A stretch of 64,000 nucleotides of DNA from Bacteroidota bacterium. Its GTDB lineage: Bacteria > Bacteroidota > Bacteroidia > 2-12-FULL-35-15. Shown here piece after piece: positions 58,050-64,000 of this stretch. Made by a program: the position numbers and the translations under genes. Position 1 is the stretch's first letter. Every line of letters starts with the position of its first letter. The notes beneath the pieces were generated by a model. The model was given only the letters and a program-made list of their open reading frames with translations. It was not told where the DNA came from and ran no database searches. Where the stretch lies: positions 8,201-72,200 of the forward strand of contig JBAXQU010000003.1 in the NCBI GenBank assembly GCA_037131555.1, read 5' to 3'.

Positions 58050-60134
58050 TTACTTCATATCGTTCATTATCGCGATAGTCTCGTTCAGATAAATATCTTT
58101 TTTAATTGATTTATACCAATCTTTAACTTTCTTTACTTTTACTGTGTCCGAAGCAGGAACAACATCGACCTTTAAAGCCTCAACATCCAAACCTGGGATT
58201 TCTTTATCTAACTCTTCCATCTTTTTCGATTCTGCTTTATAACGCTTTTGTTCCGCAACGTATTTGTCAAAATTTAGTGAAACAATTGTACTATCTTTCT
58301 GCTTTTTGTAACGTTTAGCAGCAGCCTCTAATATCCCAAACCCTGGGTTATTTTCTCGTCTTTCTTCGCTTTTCTTCTTAAGTTTATTAATATCGTAAGC
58401 AGGCTTTAGTGGTTGATATTTAGCAGCTGGTATTTCATCCCATGCCATCGGATAGTCTTGCTCCTTTTCGCCTTGATCAAGCAATGAATAAGGGTCTGGA
58501 AGAATAATGTCAGGGGTAACACCTCTTAATTGAGTAGCGCCTCCATTTATTCGATAGAATTTCTGTGTAGTCACTTTTACAGAACCCAGTGGTTTCAATC
58601 CTGACATGGAAGGAGGTAATGCATCATCCAATTCAAAAACTCTCTGAACCGTTCCTTTTCCGTATGTTGTAGGAGAAGTACCAACAATAAGCCCACGTTT
58701 ATAATCTTGAATTGCTGCCGCCATAATTTCTGATGCTGAAGCCGAATTGGAGTTAACCATCAACGTTAAAGGGCCACTATAGGTAATCGAAGGATCTCTA
58801 TCCTCTAGCATTTGAGGAGACCCTCCTCTTTGTTTCACTTGGACTATAGGTCCTTTGTCAATAAAGAGTCCAGTCATATCAACTACATCATTCAACGATC
58901 CTCCTCCATTGTATCTTAAGTCGATAATAATACCATCCACATTTTCATCCTTGAGTTTTAAGATTTCTTTTTTCATGTCTCTAGAACACGAAGGCCCACC
59001 ATTTCCATTAAAATCGGCATAAAACGAAGGAAGTTTAATGTACCCGATATTTTTCTTCCCTTTAATAATTACCGATTGAGCATAAGTTTCTTCCATCACA
59101 ACAACATCACGGATAAGTGGAATAATGATAACAATACCATCAGGTTTTTTTACTGTTAAGCGTACTTCGGTTCCTTTTTTACCTCTTATTAATTGAACTA
59201 CATCATCCAAACGCATATTTGCTACATCAACAGGTTCGCTTGAACCCTGAGCGACTTTTAAAATATAATCTCCTTCTTTTAATTGTCCTTGACGATAAGA
59301 AGGGGTACCAGGAATAATATTTGTTACTTTAATGTAATCATCCTTTTCTTGCAGTTGTGCTCCAATGCCAAAAAATTGTCCACTCATTGCCGCATCAAAC
59401 TGAGCTTTATCTTTGGGAGCGAAATATTCTGTATGAGGATCAAATATACTTGTGATTACATTAAAGTAGATAGATAACCTATCATTACGCTTGAATTCAT
59501 TCAATCGTTTGAAATAATCGTCATAGGTTTTCATCAGTTTTTTTCGTGCATCTACTTCCAATTCTTCTTTTGATTTAATTTTTACGGTGTCCGACTTTTC
59601 CTTAGCCTTCTCTTGACTCTCCAATTTTTCATTTATTTTCTCTAATACCTGGTATTTCAATGATTTTCTCCAAGCATCTTTCAATTCATCTTTCGTTTTT
59701 GAAAACAATAGTTTATCAGCATCTAGCTCAACAGTTTCATCTTTTGCAAAATCAAAAGGTTTGTCCAATAATTCTTTGTAATAGAATTTGGCCTCATCAA
59801 TTCGGCTATTAATCAATTCGAGCGATTTGTCAAAAAACTGAAAACTTCCATTATTGATATCCTCGTCTATCGAGTGTTCCATTTTCTTCAACTCATCAAT
59901 GTCGGGTTGAATAAGAAATTTTTTACCTGCATCCATCCTTTTTATGTAAAGCTTGAAAATCTTTTCCGAAAGCTCATCATTAATTTCTAAAGGAGCGTAA
60001 TGCAGCATTTTTAGATTTTGTAAAAGTGTTTCATCTATTGCTTTTTCCTTATCACCTTGAATAAAATAAGTGAAAGAACCTAGTATAAGTATGGCAATTG
60101 GTAGGATTAGGAGCAGTTTTTTAGTTTTGGTCAT
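58050..60134 (-). CDS. Carboxy-terminal processing (tail-specific) peptidase, S41 family
   Basis: 694 aa with a signal/TM N-terminus, a PDZ-like segment, and S41 motifs (DLRYNGGG, NSNSASASEI). Confidence 0.85.
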   Translation of the reverse strand: MTKTKKLLLILPIAILILGSFTYFIQGDKEKAIDETLLQNLKMLHYAPLEINDELSEKIFKLYIKRMDAGKKFLIQPDIDELKKMEHSIDEDINNGSFQFFDKSLELINSRIDEAKFYYKELLDKPFDFAKDETVELDADKLLFSKTKDELKDAWRKSLKYQVLEKINEKLESQEKAKEKSDTVKIKSKEELEVDARKKLMKTYDDYFKRLNEFKRNDRLSIYFNVITSIFDPHTEYFAPKDKAQFDAAMSGQFFGIGAQLQEKDDYIKVTNIIPGTPSYRQGQLKEGDYILKVAQGSSEPVDVANMRLDDVVQLIRGKKGTEVRLTVKKPDGIVIIIPLIRDVVVMEETYAQSVIIKGKKNIGYIKLPSFYADFNGNGGPSCSRDMKKEILKLKDENVDGIIIDLRYNGGGSLNDVVDMTGLFIDKGPIVQVKQRGGSPQMLEDRDPSITYSGPLTLMVNSNSASASEIMAAAIQDYKRGLIVGTSPTTYGKGTVQRVFELDDALPPSMSGLKPLGSVKVTTQKFYRINGGATQLRGVTPDIILPDPYSLLDQGEKEQDYPMAWDEIPAAKYQPLKPAYDINKLKKKSEERRENNPGFGILEAAAKRYKKQKDSTIVSLNFDKYVAEQKRYKAESKKMEELDKEIPGLDVEALKVDVVPASDTVKVKKVKDWYKSIKKDIYLNETIAIMNDMK

Positions 60135-60247
60135 GGCCTTTATTTATTTTCTACGAAATTACTAATAATAGTTGTTACAAAGATAATTTGACATAAATTA
60201 ACAGGCTTTTACAGGACATTTCTAGGTCATACGAATCATAATATGCT

Positions 60248-60255
60248 TAGCTTTG
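60248..60255 (+). promoter_or_regulatory. Candidate -7 box (TAGCTTTG)
   Basis: Exact TAnnTTTG match 25 nt upstream of the ATG at 60281. Confidence 0.3.
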
Positions 60256-60280
60256 GACTGTTTAACAATATAATAATGGT

Positions 60281-60775
60281 ATGAATCCTTCAACTATATC
60301 ACAAATTCAAAAAGAGTTAATTACACTAGAACATAAACAAGTAGTTGATATCTGTTTGCGTTTGGCGAAATACAAAAAGGAAAATAAAGAGTTACTTCAA
60401 TATCTATTATTCGAAGCGAATGATGAAAGCACTTTTATTTCTGGCGTGAGAACTGAAATCGATAATTTGTTTCTTCAAATCAATACGAGTTCGATGTATT
60501 TTATTAGAAAAAGTGTTAGAAAAATTCTTAGACATATCAATAAGGCTGTAAAGTTTTCGGGCATAGCAACGACTGAATTAGATTTAAGAATACACTTCTG
60601 TATTCAACTGAAATTGTCTTCAATTCCTCTTCAAAAAAGTGATGCACTCCTGAATTTGTATCAAGGCCAAATCGAAAAAATAAAGAAAATTTTAACTAAA
60701 TTGCATGAAGATTTGCAATACGATTATGTTCAAGAATTAGAAAGATTAGAAATCTTTAATGGTAATTCAAATTAG
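60281..60775 (+). CDS. Hypothetical protein
   Basis: 164-aa helical ORF with no recognised motif. Its 3' end overlaps the convergent desaturase gene by 4 nt. Confidence 0.5.
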   Translation: MNPSTISQIQKELITLEHKQVVDICLRLAKYKKENKELLQYLLFEANDESTFISGVRTEIDNLFLQINTSSMYFIRKSVRKILRHINKAVKFSGIATTELDLRIHFCIQLKLSSIPLQKSDALLNLYQGQIEKIKKILTKLHEDLQYDYVQELERLEIFNGNSN

Positions 60776-61839
60776 TATTTGCCTACTGCTCGTAAATGCA
60801 TAACGTGTGAGCGAACTGCACTTAATACAGTGGGATATTCTAAGTAAGTTATGCCAAATTGAGTACATGTTTCACGCACAAGCTCTGCTATTTTTGGATA
60901 ATGAATATGACTGATACGTGGAAAAAGATGATGTTCAACTTGAAAATTTAATCCTCCAGTAAACCATGTTACTAACTTGCTTTTTGTAGCAAAATCTGCT
61001 GTCGTCTGTACTTGATGAACCGCCCACTCTTCATCAATTTTAAACACCTTTGTATCAGGTGTTGCGAATGTTGCATCTTCTACTACATGTGCCAACTGAA
61101 AAACAACAGAAATAACAAAACCGCAAACGAAGGCTATAATTGCAAATCCAATTACTGTTTCTACCAAACCAACAGTATAAATAGGAAGCACGAGATACAC
61201 GCCAACATAAAGAATTTTACTAATCCAAAAAATAAAATGTTCTTTGACATCCATCTTACGAAATGGTTGATCCCCAATTTTACCTGAGAAATACTTAGTG
61301 AAATCTTGAACAAGTACCCAAAGTAAATAGGTTACACCATATAAAACAACCCAATAAATATGTTGAAACCTGTGGTACCAATATTTTTTCTGATCCGTGT
61401 GAACTCGAATCCATGGCTTGATATCTATGTCATCATCCATTCCTTCAATATTTGTAAATGAATGATGGTTTACGTTGTGTTTGTACTTCCATAGATAAAC
61501 ACTTCCTCCCATTGCATTCAGCGAATAGCCCATCAATTCATTCACCCAAGGTCTTTGAGAAAAACTACCGTGTGCACCATCATGCATAACATTAAATCCA
61601 ACTGCCGCTAAACTTACCCCTAATAAACAACACAAAACGATTGAAATAGCAATAGATGGCGTGAAGAAAACCAAGACTGTGTAAAGTGTCGCGGTTAGCA
61701 AGACTAGAAAAACTGTCTTGATATACAATTTGTAATTGCCTGTCTCTCGAATATTATTAGATTGAAAGTAAGCATCAACTTTTTCTTTTAGGGCATTAAA
61801 AAATAAACTATTCTTGTTATTAAAACTAACTCTTTGCAT
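60772..61839 (-). CDS. Membrane fatty acid desaturase
   Basis: Three His boxes (HDGAHG, HNVNHH, QVEHHLFP) and four or more transmembrane helices. Confidence 0.9.
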   Translation of the reverse strand: MQRVSFNNKNSLFFNALKEKVDAYFQSNNIRETGNYKLYIKTVFLVLLTATLYTVLVFFTPSIAISIVLCCLLGVSLAAVGFNVMHDGAHGSFSQRPWVNELMGYSLNAMGGSVYLWKYKHNVNHHSFTNIEGMDDDIDIKPWIRVHTDQKKYWYHRFQHIYWVVLYGVTYLLWVLVQDFTKYFSGKIGDQPFRKMDVKEHFIFWISKILYVGVYLVLPIYTVGLVETVIGFAIIAFVCGFVISVVFQLAHVVEDATFATPDTKVFKIDEEWAVHQVQTTADFATKSKLVTWFTGGLNFQVEHHLFPRISHIHYPKIAELVRETCTQFGITYLEYPTVLSAVRSHVMHLRAVGKY

Positions 61840-61913
61840 TATCCATTTTTTTTAGGGATGCCAAAGGTAAGTAAAAATGGGCTCAGGAGTATTACTTTTT
61901 TTTACTGAAAAAG

Positions 61914-62402
61914 TTAATAATTATTGGTTTTCGCTTTGATAGACCAAGTGAAAATAAATTCAGCAACTTTATCTCCTGCTTCATCTACTCCAATTGATTT
62001 TAAATCTACCAACACAGCTTCTCCCGTTCCTTGCGTTTTGTGAATAAGTTCTGAGATTGGAGACTCATTTTTACAAATAAATCTTATTTTCCCTTTTGCT
62101 TTCTTGAAATACACCGCTTTATTTTCTATTATTAATGTTGAAACAGGTGGTGTGGATTCGTAACAATTATCAAATAAAATCATTGCAGTCGATAATTCTG
62201 CCGCCATCAATTCACAAGCAAAATATATGGAGTGAAATGGGTTCTTGGTAATCCATGATAATTTTATTGTGGTTGTAGCTTGGCTTGCTGTTAATTCTTC
62301 AATCCGAATCCCGGTAAGATATGCCAATGGTAGATTTTTCAATAAATACAATCGAAATAAAAATGGATTTTTCGATAGTTTTTGAAATTTAGAAACTATC
62401 AT
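61914..62402 (-). CDS. Hotdog-fold protein, DUF4442-like (thioesterase-like)
   Basis: 162 aa. The size and N-terminal pattern resemble DUF4442 proteins. This is a weak call. Confidence 0.4.
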   Translation of the reverse strand: MIVSKFQKLSKNPFLFRLYLLKNLPLAYLTGIRIEELTASQATTTIKLSWITKNPFHSIYFACELMAAELSTAMILFDNCYESTPPVSTLIIENKAVYFKKAKGKIRFICKNESPISELIHKTQGTGEAVLVDLKSIGVDEAGDKVAEFIFTWSIKAKTNNY

Positions 62403-62403
62403 A

Positions 62404-63255
62404 TTACTCCACGGGAAAAGTGCTCGAGGCTAAATTCAGTGACTCAGAAAACGTATTCATGTTAATTCCTGTTGGTATTGAAATCTTATCAAAATAACTA
62501 ATAAGTTTTTCGGTTGGCATGTTGCCTGTGAGTTTATCCGCTGCCATTGGGCATCCTCCATATCCTTTAATTGCGCTGTCAAATCTTCGACATCCATTTT
62601 TGTACGCAGCGTGTATTTTCTCCTCCCATGTGTCAGGCGTTGAATGCAGGTGAGCTCCTATTTCAACTTCTTTAAATTCAGGAATAAGATGTGAAAAGAG
62701 ATAAGAAATGTTCTCGGGATTTGATACTCCTATAGTATCTGACAATGCGATTATTTTGACTCCCATTTGAACCAATTTTTTTGTCCAATTAAAAACTACT
62801 TCACTACTCCATACATCTCCGTAGGGGTTTCCGAAAGCCATAGAAACATAAACAACTAATTCTTTTTTGTTTCTAACACAAATGTCTTGTATCTCCTCAA
62901 CACGGATAATAGATTCTTCAATCGATGAATTTGTATTTCTCTGTTGAAAAGTTTCAGAAATTGAGAACGGAAAACCTAAATAAGTTATTTCGTCAAACTC
63001 TACAGCATCTTGCGCTCCGCGAACATTAGCAATAATTGCTAAAAGTTTCGATTGCGTTGAACTCAATTCTAATTGTTCTAAAACATTTGCCGTATCTCGC
63101 ATTTGAGGAATTGCTTTTGGTGAAACGAAACTTCCAAAATCAACAGTATCAAATCCGCATTTTAAAATAGAATTGATGTAATTTATTTTTTTTGATGTTT
63201 CAATAAACTCATGGATGCCTTGCATTGCATCTCTCGGACACTCTATTAGTTTCAT
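62404..63255 (-). CDS. Hydroxymethylglutaryl-CoA lyase
   Basis: ECPRDAMQG N-terminal motif, a TIM-barrel HMGL-like pattern, and the HLHSTP metal ligands. Confidence 0.85.
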   Translation of the reverse strand: MKLIECPRDAMQGIHEFIETSKKINYINSILKCGFDTVDFGSFVSPKAIPQMRDTANVLEQLELSSTQSKLLAIIANVRGAQDAVEFDEITYLGFPFSISETFQQRNTNSSIEESIIRVEEIQDICVRNKKELVVYVSMAFGNPYGDVWSSEVVFNWTKKLVQMGVKIIALSDTIGVSNPENISYLFSHLIPEFKEVEIGAHLHSTPDTWEEKIHAAYKNGCRRFDSAIKGYGGCPMAADKLTGNMPTEKLISYFDKISIPTGINMNTFSESLNLASSTFPVE

Positions 63256-63258
63256 AAA

Positions 63259-64000
63259 TTAATTCAGCTTTTTTAATATTCCCTTATTAATATTCTTAAC
63301 AATGCTCGGCCCTTCATAAATAAAACCTGTATACACTTGCACCAAACTTGCACCTGCCTCTATCATGGCCAATGCATCTTCGGCTGAATAGATTCCTCCA
63401 ACAGCAATAATTGGGAAGGAATTATTAGATTTATCTATGAGGTACCTCACCACTTCTAGCGATCTCTTAGTTAAAGGCTTTCCACTTAATCCTCCTGCAC
63501 CTATTTTTTCAACGGTTTCTTTGTCTGTTATTAAATTGCTTCTATCAATGGTGGTGTTTGTGGCAATCAATCCATCAATCTTGGTCTCATTCACAATACT
63601 GATGATGTCATCCAATTGTTCGTTTGTTAAATCTGGAGCAATTTTCAACAAAATAGCTTTTGGTTTATTCTTCTGGTTATTCAAAAATTTTAATCGAAGA
63701 AGCAATTTTGTTAAGGGTTCCTTATCCTGCAAAGCTCTAAGGTTCGGAGTGTTTGGAGAACTTACATTGACAACAAAATAGTCTACATAATCAAAAAGAG
63801 TTTCAAAACAGATTTCATAATCTAGCGAAGCATCCTCATTGGGAGTAATTTTGTTTTTGCCAATATTTCCACCAACTATTATTTTTGTTTTTCTGTTTTT
63901 CAAGTGACTTACAGCTGCCTCAGCCCCTTCATTATTAAAGCCCATTCTATTTATTAAAGCTTGATCAGTTGGTAAGCGAAACATTCTTGGTTTGTCATTT
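63259..64000 (-). CDS. pyrD: Dihydroorotate dehydrogenase (quinone). Partial: the 5' end lies beyond the right edge.
   Basis: [24 protein letters not shown] and GGI motifs. The frame stays open upstream of the track Met (…NDKPRMFRL…) to base 64000. Confidence 0.9.
   Translation of the reverse strand, partial: NDKPRMFRLPTDQALINRMGFNNEGAEAAVSHLKNRKTKIIVGGNIGKNKITPNEDASLDYEICFETLFDYVDYFVVNVSSPNTPNLRALQDKEPLTKLLLRLKFLNNQKNKPKAILLKIAPDLTNEQLDDIISIVNETKIDGLIATNTTIDRSNLITDKETVEKIGAGGLSGKPLTKRSLEVVRYLIDKSNNSFPIIAVGGIYSAEDALAMIEAGASLVQVYTGFIYEGPSIVKNINKGILKKLN

Overview
This is an AT-rich chromosomal segment that looks like Bacteroidota. The evidence is T9SS type A and type B C-terminal sorting domains, TAnnTTTG-type promoter boxes, and the DUF349, DUF1599-folP and BT_3928-like genes. 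All analysis was done by eye; no searches or statistics were run.

Most of the window is housekeeping: uvrB, prmA, tpiA, folP, dapA, ispE, purA, fur, arfB, panB, secA, and pyrD (partial). These are interleaved with secreted or surface cargo:
- a multidomain M4 metalloprotease at the left edge, which is missing from the supplied ORF track;
- an M1 peptidase with an Omp85-like C-terminal barrel;
- a 3053-aa modular T9SS adhesin;
- a T9SS esterase.

The most unusual signal is non-coding. Four long intergenic regions (about 0.6-1.25 kb) each carry a tandem array with a strict 21-bp or 42-bp period:
- array A, 19124-19438;
- array B, 31504-31692;
- array C, 41891-42142;
- array D, 53930-54215.

The unit sequences are unrelated to each other, but each contains a short dyad-symmetric core. 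Arrays A, B and C are each accompanied, 130-280 nt away and always pointing away from the array, by an exact shared 13-mer ATACATATATATA followed by GGTGT/TGTGT. Arrays B and C bracket the giant adhesin gene.

Array A lies in a roughly 2.5-kb low-coding-density island between folP and dapA. The island is flanked by imperfect direct repeats (GGATGGG(GG)ATTTTGGGGAT) and also carries a putative HEPN-motif (RNSLMH) orphan gene, a 28-bp terminal-inverted-repeat element around a terminator, and a GC-rich twin hairpin.

There is also a homopolymer frameshift splitting a TPR-like gene. I saw no rRNA, tRNA, CRISPR array, transposase or integrase.
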